Shown here one piece after another: positions 21,910 to 33,379 of a stretch of 64,000 nucleotides of DNA. The notes beneath the pieces were generated by a model that saw nothing but the letters and a program-made list of their open reading frames with translations, was not told the DNA's origin and searched no databases. Origin of the DNA: Dicyema japonicum (taxonomy: Eukaryota > Animalia > Dicyemida). Position 1 is the first letter of the stretch; the number at the start of each line of letters is the position of its first letter. The DNA is taken from positions 910,181 to 974,180 of the forward strand of contig RDEW01000013.1 in NCBI GenBank assembly GCA_011109175.1, given 5' to 3'. Made by a program: the position numbers and the translations under genes.

Positions 21910-24020
21910 TATAGTTTTTGACGGATATCCAGAAATCAGCTGAGAAAAATAGTAAGAATCGAGGGAGAAACTACTAATACTTTCCATATGGAAAGATTAT
22001 GCTTATATTGGTAGGAAAATAATAATTGCCGACGACTTCGATGGACTACGGAACCTTGCGAGAGGGAGGTTGCAAGGAGAAAACTGTGAAACGCAAAACA
22101 AAGAGTCTGTCTGACCCTATATGTTCAACATAAGTTGTGCTCTAAAAGCCTACAAGACTTGTTTGATAGTATTGGAAATCATATTGCCGAAAAATGTAGA
22201 AAATATATGACAAAATTATGATATTTTTAAGTTATACTTCGATTTGCAGTGGCGCGGACAAATTATTTCAATGAACTGCCTCCTTGCTCCTCGAGGATGC
22301 GATTTTATGGAGATCATCTTGGTCTTCTGCGTCATCTAGCATCATTTTTGAATTCTTTCGTTCTCTTGGATTGCAACTCGATATCTTTGTGAACACTCTA
22401 AGTATTTATTATTATATAGACCCCTGATCTCTCTTTGAGGAATCTGTAACAGCGAACGTAGATATCTTCTATGATGTGATTCCAATTTCTTCCCACTTTC
22501 CATAATTGTGGTTACCACATAGTACTTGTTTACAGTAACAAAGTTCTTAATTTTTAGATTTTGTAGGAAATCGATATCAGAAAAGTTTATTTTTAATGAT
22601 TTTTATTAAAGATATCCCGGGGAGTAGTTGAATTAGGAAACTACATACAAAATGAATATTTTATGTGGTGAGATCGATTTATTTTTAGGTGTCAAGTGGT
22701 TTTCATATTTTGGCGTTCAAATTGGCAAAATTTGATGAGGATGCTGACCACCAGGTAAATGTCCGGGTCTAAATTGTGTTTTAAAAGTATCTTGATGTTG
22801 CTGACAAATCCTTCTGCATTAAATTTCCTGAGGGTACAAACATGAGTAGAGGTAGAATGGTTGCCTCGAAAGTCGTTTCGAAGTCTTGACATTGGACTAA
22901 TTTTTTCAATTTCTGGAATGACATTAATCAAGTACCAGATCTTAGAGAGTTCTCATTGAGAACTTTAGATAGCTTTCTCTACGTTTTACGCCTTGGTTTT
23001 TTATTTATAGGCAAACCTCTTTGTTGAAATATCAATTCTGGAAATACAGCGGATACGTTGCAAACTCAATCGTATGGCCAATTGACCCTTCTCAGTGCCA
23101 CTTATTATTAGCAACAATAGCTTACTTATAAAGTCTCGAGTAGATCATTCATGTCAACGATCCCAATATTGTATTGAAACTCGAAACTTTCCGTTATCCG
23201 ATGACTTTATTTTTCATTCCGTTACCCCATTTTAAGGGAACCAAGTTGATTATAATGATCTTCATAAGGCAACGAACAACATATAGTACCGTCGTGGATT
23301 TACTAAACTCGAATAATCGGATGCAAAGCCTCCTTAACTTCTCTGAATCCGCCTTTTAGTTCTTATTAGTCCAGGGCGTTAGAAAAGAACAGACGAGTGG
23401 ATAGACTTAGTAAGGAGCTACAGGGTCCACTATATTTGACCAGCTTGACAGATTAGCAAACCGCTAATCGGCAAGACTAACAGAGATTGTCAGGTACCTC
23501 AGATTCATATTCGAATTTTAGAAAATAGATGATTCACTATACAACCATTCGGGACACGTGTATAAAAACCACTGAAGAAGTGATCCATACTTATTTTAAA
23601 ATTTCTAGTTTCCGATATCCGACATGTTTTCATCAAGAAAGGAGGGGGTCATAAGGTAATAAGGAAATCGTGCTAGAGTATTCTATAGTGCAGCAGAGCT
23701 ACTTCACCACCACATCAATGAACCAATAATGGTCACTAATTTATGATCGGAAAATAACGTGGTGTGTATAACTTCTCCGTAAATAGTAAATTGTGGTGAC
23801 TATGTTTGTTCGGCCTCTCCACATCAGAGTCAGTCGACAAATAATAAATTCTTTAATTAAACCGCGGAAATGCCACAAATGTTCTTTTATTGCCATACCA
23901 ACTAAAACGCAATTCTATGCCATTAAATCGGAAATTAACAGTTACTTGCGTATATTGGCAATTTTAATATATTTTATTGATTAAAAATTAGCGCTGTAAT
24001 AAATAGCCCGCAGTTTTTGA

Positions 24021-25227
24021 ATGTCGCATATGAAACTGGAAATTAAAGACTCAATTGGAACTTTGAAATCCTCGGTAAACTTTGATGCCAAAAATGAGGC
24101 AAATAGGCTCAACAAGGCCATGAAAGGAATGGGTTTGCGATTTCAATAATTCTTAGGGACCGACGAGGATGTCGTGATACAATTTCTAGGGCTCCCTTCA
24201 AGGCAGAAAAGATTAGTTTCAGAACTTTATCTTCAAATGTTCGGAAAAGTAAGAATATACAGCATTTTAGAATTTACACGATCAAATAAAGAGCGAATTG
24301 AGCGGGGACTTTAAAAATCTGGCACTTTCCCTACTGAAGAGTCCCGTCGACTTGGCCTGCGAGGCTATTCAGGCAGCCACGAAGGCATATCTGGTTTCAT
24401 AACTACTAGAAATCCGGTACTTCTGGACTAATACTCCTAATTACTGTACTATTAAGCAGAAGTAACGAGGAGAGATCCGAAATTTTAAAATTGTACGATT
24501 CACGTAAGCAATGTCGCCATTTCCGTAGAAAACAAGAAAACGCTGCTAAAATACGTCGAAACGAAGACCAGCGGAATTGCGAGAACTTTCATCTCCGAAT
24601 TACTGGAGGTCAGTAATATTTATATCTCCCAGAAAGGCGTGGTGGAACTGTCGGATTATGAGAAAGACAATTATTTGTATAATAATAAAATTGATCCTCT
24701 GATAAACCGAGATTCTTCGAAAAGGCGAGTTCAGCGAATGAGAGAGCTTTTAAGCACAAATCAGCCGATTATAGACACAAGTCTGTTCAACGAACTATTT
24801 CTCCAGCAAAACAGGTTTCAGGCGGCTGATTGCATCATGGCATATCAAAAAGTTGGGTTTTTTGTAAATTCAGCTAACTGGGAAAACAGTGCTCAATTCA
24901 ACTACTTCCAAGATAAACGAGACTGACAAACTTCTAATAGGACACCTCAGTTAGGTGAATGTAATTTTAGTCGATTGGATTGTTCATCCCGTCGGGTACT
25001 TCACCAATTGTCTCCAAGTTGCTTTCAAGGGGATTGGAACCGATGAGAATCTGCTCAACTTCATTATAGCCGACAGATGCGAGGTAAGTCCTGCAAGGTT
25101 ATACTAGAAAGATTTAGCGAATATTAGTGGTAATTACAAAACCGCAACAGGGAAATCACTCCAGTCTTTGATCAAAAGCGAAACATCTGGTGATTATCGC
25201 AAATTGTTGTTGAGTATTCTTCCATAA
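24021..25227 (+). CDS. Annexin (4 repeats, about 339 aa, 9 exons)
   Basis: Splicing eight 21-25 nt introns gives an open frame: ...FDAKNEANRLNKAMKGMGTDEDVVIQFL...FGKNLHDQIKSELSGDFKNLALSLL...KTSG...YFTNCLQVAFKGIGTDENLLNFIIADRCEKDLANI...GKSLQSLIKSETSGDYRKLLLSILP*. Confidence 0.93.
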
Positions 25228-26649
25228 TGATAATTCTAATGACTAATATGCTAACGATTTCTTGTGATTTTAACACAACAAATGACTTTAATTTACTCAA
25301 AGAATAATATTAGGATTGACTCGGAGACTCTGATGAAAGTAGCTGTGGAAGACTACTGTTGGTTCGGAGGGAATCACGGTTGTCGTGGGCAAAGACTTGT
25401 GAAAAGCGTAGATAACTTGCGTGTACGAGCAGAGGGAGCGACCTGGTTTGGTCTTGTAGTGACCTTCCGGTCTATTTCAGTTAAGAGTGTCTCGGGGAGA
25501 TTGTGAGTTTACACTCTACGTAATATTGAGTAGGTCCGGCCCTTAGCTGGAATTCAGGATGGAGTTCTAGTTCTTTAATGCTTTGATCTCGTGTTATTCC
25601 TGCGTTAAAATCAGGAGACACCCTTCAAACGGTTAAAGAAATATTTGAAGATGGCCATAAAAGGCTGTAGAAACTAGGCTCTTCCGTCTTAAAAAAGGGC
25701 CCGAGATTTTATCTTAACTGTGATGACTGTTCATTTCACTTTAACTTCCAAGTGACAAATGCGAGAAATATCAGTAGTCACAGGAATACGAGGCCCTACT
25801 ACTCCAACTATCCCGTATCGGGGCACCACCGACTTTGATAAAATGGAAAATGAATCTTCTGCACAAGCAATACTCGATATCAGATATGGATCCGAATTGT
25901 CGGAGAGAATCGAGCTGAAAAAAGGAGACCCATCCGGGATCGATCGTAAGTCCCCTTCTGTTCAACGTTGTCATGGTAAACCTTCAAATTCCGAAATGTC
26001 AAAGCACTAGAACATTGATTTATGCTGACGACATTCTTTTTATAAGAAATCTGATATAGAAGCAATCAAGAGTTTATGAATCATGGTTGGAACTCTCTGA
26101 GGCCACGTGCCAGTACGTGTGAATAGTTCTATGATGGAAGCAGACATTGATGTTCAAGTTACGGTAGGACTCGTGTACCATTATCTATTATTTATTCCCT
26201 ATTAACGTTTCCCTTTGAGAATTAATGACGTTAAAGTCAAGATACATGAAGCATTCTCAAATTCTAAGCCACACAACCATTGTTGGACAACTCAAGAAGG
26301 TTCCAAAATGTGAGGTCATGTGGTTTACCAGTAGTGGTGACCTTCAGTGTCAAATATGAAAAAGAATCATTCTGGCACCAGTTACTTCAATGGGGTATTT
26401 TTTAACCATTTTTACAGTGATTAACCAATTTAATTTAATTTGGTTATTGGAAAATTAATCGGCCAGAAATTGTTTTATTTTAATTATTTTTTTTAATTTT
26501 GTTACTATTTTTTATTTATTTTAAATACATGTTATAAATTGATTTTGTGGTGTTGTAGTGTTCATTTAATGACAGGTTTGTATTATTTTCCAATTATTAA
26601 AACCATTAGAACTCAGAGGCAAAAATAAGGAATGAATTTCAAAAGAAAT

Positions 26650-28140
26650 TCTCAGAAACTTGTACATATTTACAAGAACGCCTTAAGGAGATTTATTTTT
26701 CGAAAAATGTTTTAAGATGGTAAGATCATCTAAGCAATATTACAAGTTCAAAATGACATTCCTGAATGAGCTATACTATGTGAAGCAGACAGAACACTCT
26801 ATACGACAGAGAACAAGAAAACAGCTTACTACCAAGTAAATCGAGATATTCCAATTCTCTGTAAGGAAAATATTTCAACTTTGATTTACGCAGGATAATC
26901 AGCAAGACTAACGGATAAAATACGGAGAAGTGTGATGTTAAAGAAAATTGAGGAATGGAAATCTCATTCAGCTATTATTGAAAAATTCTTACTGAAAACT
27001 AAACCTTATCTGTGATCGGATATAGAAAGAAACAATCAGGAGAAAGATCAAGGATATCAATTATTAATGATATTAAAATAATCGGAAAGAAACTTTATAC
27101 AAGTGAATCCCAGTTTCGATAACCCAAATTTTGAATTGAATCGGAGGTTTTTATAGAAGCCTTTAACTAAATGGAAATAATGAAATTCTAATTATGAAAA
27201 TGTGAATCATTTTGGAGATATGGAAAGGAGTTGACTAATGAGAGTTTCAATGTTGAGAGACGACTGACTGGAGAAGAAAATGTATCCTCCAATATATCAA
27301 AAGGATTATTTGAAGTTATAAATTCCCTTCCCTAACTGGAATGCGCCTGGATGTGATGGCGTCTATAATTTCTCCGTTCATATTTTTAATTCTCTCCATG
27401 GTGGAATGAAGTGGTGAAAGTTTTAAACGGGAATCTAGTCCGGGGGATTGTTTATACCAGGGCTACCTACTTGGTCCGAACTGTAGAAATCCGAATTTTC
27501 AAAAAGATCTTTTCCCGATAACATGAATGCCATCGCTCTACAAGCTTATGTACTAATCGGGGAATATGTGAACGCATTCAATCTCCTCAATGAATGGCCA
27601 AAGGAAGAGATCAGGGAGCTAAGTAACAGCCCTCATTAATAAATCACTATAAAGTAAATAAGTATTGATTGTTTACTACATGGGTGAATGTCAAGAAAGT
27701 TTTGACTCTGTGGACAATATTTTTTTATTGGAAGTCCTCGTTATCTCGGAATAGATTGTTGATAATTTTTTAATATGGAGTGAGCCTTGAACTCAATAAT
27801 GATATTTGTGATATACCGATGAAGGAGGAATTTTACGAGGCGACAAACTTCTCCTATGCTATTTGTGTTAGTCTCCGACCCACTTAGCAGACCTCTATCT
27901 AGAAGTGTCCAAAATGGCTTCCAAAAGGAACAATCCACACACTCAGAAGCTTTGTTCTGTCTTATTCAGGACAAATCTATTCTTTTCAGAGCCGAATGGA
28001 CTTTGTGGATATGGCAAGAAATGGAAGAAGACTGTTGTTCTTTGTGTACTAAATGTGGAGATGTTTCATAGAGAATATGTTAGAAGACATAATGAAATTA
28101 TAAGGTGTTATTCTGATATTAATGTTCCCTGTTCTACTGA
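26650..28140 (+). mobile_element. Degraded R4-like (RLE-type) non-LTR retrotransposon
   Basis: LPNWNAPGCDGVYNF, a KKVFDSV RT remnant and CTKCG...YVRRHNEIIR; many stops and deletions. Confidence 0.65.
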
Positions 28141-28167
28141 TCCCTTCCTTCGAACGTTGGTCTAGAC

Positions 28168-28829
28168 TAGTTGTTCCCAACCTGGGTTCCGCGAAATTTA
28201 TTATATAATATTTAATTATTAAAATATATTAAACATCCATGCTTATATCTTGTTTCTGTTTGGGTTTGTACTCAATTTTATAAGATTTTAACGAGAAGCA
28301 ATAACAGGTTGGAAATGTCCTATTTTGCCAAGGATGACAACTTAATAGACCAGAATATTTTATGAAGTATAGAATTATTTTAATTAAACAGTGAGTTATC
28401 TTGTAGCATGTTGTGGAGAGGAAAATACAATTGCGAAAATCTTATAGAGCCATGTTCAAAAAAGATCATCCGTACAGAAGTAAGATGGTTGTCACGTGGA
28501 AAGGTATTGGAACGTTTGTTCGAATTACGAAACGAATTTGATGACGGTTGGGTTCAAAATCCATTCAAAGCCAAAGTAATACCAGCAAATCTAACATCAA
28601 TTGAATATGAACATCTTATTGATTTGAGATCAGAATCAACGTTAAATCAGATATATAAAATGAATCCCTTTTAATTTTTTGAGAGCTTATATTTCAAAAT
28701 ATCCTGATATCTCAGAAAAGGCATGATTACAATTTAATTAAAAATTGTAATCATTGAATTGGAAGGGTTCCGCAAAAAATAAATTAGCCTAACAGGGTTC
28801 CGCGAGCACCTTAAGGTTGGGAACCACTG
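28168..28829 (+). mobile_element. Internally deleted Buster-type hAT transposon with both TIRs and TSD
   Basis: TIRs TAGTTGTTCCCAACCT and AGGTTGGGAACCACTG. 8-bp TSD GTCTAGAC at 28160-28167 and 28830-28837. Transposase remnant TEVRWLSRGKVLERLFELR...WVQNPF. Confidence 0.92.
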
Positions 28830-28899
28830 GTCTAGACTAGAGCATGAAAATACCACGACTTATTTGGGTTCTGTCACGGATGATTTTAATGAGAAAACT

Positions 28900-30100
28900 G
28901 GTCAAGTGACGTACAGAAGGCCTTAAGTTTGTTTCGAGGTCATTTTGACTGAGGATTTTCATGTCAAGTGTACATCCGAACATAAAGCTGTGGCTGGAGA
29001 ATTATCTGGCGATCTTTTTTCTGTCTCCGATTCTATTTGTTTCTACACGATGTCCAATAATTAAAGACTATGATGCCATACTTCTATCCTATGGACGATC
29101 TTATTATTGCCACTGTGAATAGTTCTTCCTGAGTGGCTGCCGCGGTGGTCCAGTCTCACCTTAGCCAGTTGACGCAATGCTATCGGCATATAGATCAAAG
29201 TTCATTCCTTTTACTACGGATAGGATAATTGGTGAACATGAATTATTAATCGGTGACGACCCACGTGAGACTCTGGCGTATCCAGTTGATCTCCATGCAA
29301 TAATAAGAGGCAGCGCAACATCGATTAAATCAACTGGGACTATTTTTATGGTAGGCTTTATTTACATTAAATAGCAGTTTATTTTTGAAAGATTATAGCC
29401 GAATTACTTACTAAATGTATTTTTTTTCAATTTCCAAAATTTTGTATAATGATGTTCGCACTTTCCGAAGTGCTATATCAGTTATAGCTCCCCACAGGTA
29501 GAACACACACTTTATTTTAAGCAAAGAACAGTTATTATAACTAATCGTAGATGGAGAACCAAGGAATGCTCCTCACTTATTGTTTTCTTTTTCTTGGGTG
29601 TGTCCTTTTTAGACAATCCAGTTCCGCAGAGAATCTCCACTGATGATGACGTCACTCGTCAAACCCTTTTAGCAGCGAGAATCGAACCCGTGACCTGAGC
29701 CACTTCAACCCGACACCTAACCACTGTGCCCCCAAAATTTTGTATATTTTATTAAATAGCATTTTGTCTACTTGACTAAGATTTCTTTTCCTTCTAGTGG
29801 CGTCATCGAATCCGCTTTAGTCTGAAGACGCCCAATGACTGGCCGGAATTAAAGGATTTCATCTCTTCATTCCAATTCTGGAATCTACCATAGATTCCCG
29901 GATAACTCCCTCTGGATCACTGTACCTACACGAGCTCAACCATTTTTGACTTTATTATATGAACATATATCGAATACATCGATTTCTGTAAGGCGAAATA
30001 ATTACAGCCTGCGCTATCCAGCATAATTGTCCACGTGAGATAAAACCTCGTCCAAGGTCACTTAGGAAATTTCTTTCTTTTTAACTCGGTGATCCTGAGG
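28900..30100. mobile_element. Gypsy-like LTR retrotransposon debris (protease remnant on minus, RNase H remnant on plus), interrupted by a SINE
   Basis: Weak motif similarity only (F.VA....IG; ...ALSS after an RNase H-like segment). Confidence 0.3.
29561..29733 (-). mobile_element. tRNA-derived SINE
   Basis: Minus strand GGGGCACAGTGGTTAG...GGGTTCGATTC plus the body shared with 6121-6298. Confidence 0.75.
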
Positions 30101-31321
30101 GTGATAATAATAAATAATTACAGCCTAAAAATCAGAATACAACACAAATGTGACGTTAAAATATAAAAAACGAATTGCACTGGAAGTTATCCCTCAAGCT
30201 TGTAATCGACTATTGGAGGATGGATTTTATTATATATGATAATTTTTCTCTATTTTTTGCGATCTCTGGCTGGACATTTAATTTTTATATCATTGTCGGA
30301 CTATGCCGTTGCATTTTCGAAAAGATATTGGGATTCAACGTGCATGGAATAGGATTTGCTCATTAAAATTGGAAACCCTTTTGTTGCGATTTGAGATTAT
30401 TGGACAATTCTATAATAATTTCAGTCTCCTCATTTTGAATTATTTACTTGAATCACAATCATTTTGTGACTCAATCTGTCATTCAGATATTCTCTAACAC
30501 GATAAACACAAGCATTAATGTATTCGTTTAACGCAGGTCTTTGTATTATTATTGTCTCATGGGTTAAAGGAAAAGAGAATACAGTTGAGTTGGGATCCGA
30601 TTGTTCGGTCTTGGACTACCCCACATTCTGCAATAATTTTAATGAGATTAGAAAATTTCATAATTTTTACTGAGAAAAATGATTCTTTGATAAATTTCCT
30701 CTGTCGGCTTTTCAAAGAATATTTGATACATCAATTTTCTGAGACGTTTCTTTGTATAATGTTCATTAATGATTATAAAATGTGTGGATTTAATCTGACG
30801 ATACTTTTCATGACGATTTGTACAACCAACGTCTTTCGACATCTTCTAAAATATTCATCAGCATACTGATTAATGTTTTTACGTACAAACGACACAACGT
30901 GCAATACAAGATTTTATTTGAGTATTTTTTAATATATTTAGAAACCCTAGATCACCACCGTTATTATAGGAAATATGCGTAAAACCATAATAGTTATCGT
31001 TTCACACGTGTAGCAATCACACAGGCCTTTAATTTAACTCTTTCTTCGCGATTTTTAAAGCGATTTTTCGGATCAATCTCGTCCTCTTTCCTGGTTTTTA
31101 GTATTGGCCGTATTATTGCCTGTTTCCATAATAATGATATCACATTCTGGTTAATTGAATAGTTGAAAACCGACGTAGAAAAGTGACTCCCCGTGTCTTT
31201 TTTGCGGAATTTTTGATCACAATATATTCAATAATAATAAATTTTTTTAATTTTTAAATTTATTGAACCACAAATAATTTAAATATATATAATTTCAAAT
31301 AAATTGTAAATACGCGTTGAT

Positions 31322-32180
31322 ATGGTTTGCACGTTTATAGTTTATTCTTTAAGGGTGTTAAAGGAATAAAGAGACATTTGAAACGAGTAAATGCTCCCAA
31401 AAAGTGGATGCTCAGTAAGTTTGCCTAAATCTCACAAACAGAGAGAGTGTATTCCGATGGCATTGATATTTCGAGAGTACTTCAAATTTGCCCTAAACTA
31501 CCAGGAGACAAAGAAAATAGCCGAAAGAAGGATCGTAATGGTCGACAGGGAAATCATAACGCATCATCGCTTTCCGATCGGCCTAATGAGTAAGCTTAGT
31601 TCTCTATGGAAGACGTGATCTTCCTCTCCAAGGTGAACAAGCACTACAGGATGCTCCACGATGCCAAGGGAAGATTCAAGCCGACTCCTATGGAGAAGCC
31701 GTGGCTGAGGTATACAAAGATCTCATGTCCCCAGGTGAAGCTCTGCAAGGTTAAGAAAACTGTACACACGTGACAGTCGGACAATCCGCTTTCCAAATCT
31801 CGCAGTAAAGGCTAACGACAATATAATGTTCCATTTGTCCACTGGGTAAATTAGGGACCACATAACCGTGGACAAAGGCTGGAGTTATTCCTCATCTCTA
31901 GGGAATCTGTGCATCATAACCGGGGGACGTAACTTTGGTATAGTTGGGGTGGTCAACAAGATTGAAAGACACCCTGGTGTGTATGACATTGTGTACGTGG
32001 AAGATCAGGCTCACAACAAGTTTTGTACTCGGTTTGGTGTTTGAATGAATTTAGGATGCAAAATATATTTATTGGACGGGGGAATACTTCATGGATTTCG
32101 TTTACCACTGATAAGGACATTAACCTATGGCTGACAGAGACTGAATCAAAATGCCAAGATAAAGGAACTGTTATGGATTG
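31322..32180 (+). pseudogene. RPS4: 40S ribosomal protein S4 (eS4) unprocessed pseudogene
   Basis: KGIKRHLKRVNAPKKWMLSK...HKQRECIP...KFALNYQETKKI...FPIGLM|DVI...HDAKGRF...KLCKVKK...RTIRFP...GNLCIITGGRNFGIVGV...ERHPG. Tiny introns are retained. Two internal deletions, frameshifts and an in-frame TAA at 31847-31849. Confidence 0.88.
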
Positions 32181-33379
32181 AATAGTCTAACTCGTTTTTT
32201 ATTTATTGATACATTCTTTTTGTTGATTGCTGTGCTTTGAGAGGCCAGCGCAAGGGAACCTTAAGTTTCCCTAATTATTAGTGAATCCGTTTTACTTCTT
32301 TATGGATATTATCGATTTTTAAAGAGGCAAATTACGATTGTAGAAGACCTGAAGTAGCTCACTGAAAATGTACTTGTCCACACCTTATCTTTGACGTTAC
32401 TTGATTTAAACCTGAATGGATACTACAGTGAACAAATGGTCAAACAGCGTCTCCCTGACTGCGTGGCTATTCCCTCTCAGGATGGAGAGCGACATTCACT
32501 CAAATAACCAACAGAGCTCACGGGGATCGCCTATTTGTGCAGAAATCAAATTCCCTAGACGACTCAAGAATTCCAGCGTCGCAGACTTAAGGGAACCATA
32601 CGCAGATTATTTGGAGAACATTGGAGTTACAGTCAATGATAACACATGCATACTGAAAGTACCATTACTAAATTCGGAAAGCCAGGATATTCAGGGATTT
32701 AATTGGAGAATTCATCAAAAATATATTGGGCGATAGACTTTAAATGAGCGATCAAAGGTATAACTGGGAGATAGTCATATTATTAGCAACATACAATTAA
32801 CCTAAGATATTATATTTCATCTTCGGACAGATTATCTTCCACGTTCTCTCTCAAAATGTCTTTATACTCCATAATCCCCGGTGTTATAATGAACATTGAC
32901 TAAATGGAAAACTCAGAGATATTTCATGCATGAATTACCGGAAATTAATAAACGCCTGATTTCGATTGAGTCAACTCATCCTCACCAAAGTCAATGGAGC
33001 TTCGAGGGAGACTATTATCGTCTACCGTCAGGGGCAACATTATTAATACCTGAAGGAGTCAATAATAAACACAAATAACTTAAATAATAAAATAACCTCT
33101 CAAGACCACTTTGAACCTTCAACCTTGACTTCCTGAAGGCCAAATAAATAGACCCAGGCTTTGTGATCAACGATGAAGGTCTTTGAGCTATTTTTTCAGA
33201 TGATGAATCATAGGATGATAACCACGTGTACTTTGAGTATATTTTAGTAGCCAAAGGGATCACGTTTTTACAGAGTTCCTCGATGTTCTGCTCCTTTGGG
33301 GACAAGTCGAGACGAGTCTGAGTAATGGAAACGAGGCGAGTTGAGTTTGCTAACTTTCAGACCACAGGATGAGGGGAGG

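Noticed and set aside
24639-24926. Stand-alone 95-aa ORF
   Set aside because: It is annexin exon 6 read through into the following intron.
29636-29670. Hammerhead ribozyme (CTGATGA in the SINE antisense strand; also 60450)
   Set aside because: No GAAA after a stem II and no closing stems.
29820-29860. Penelope-type hammerhead (CTGAAGA-CGCC...GGCC-GGAA)
   Set aside because: The core is imperfect, stems I and III are not evident, and no Penelope ORF is nearby.
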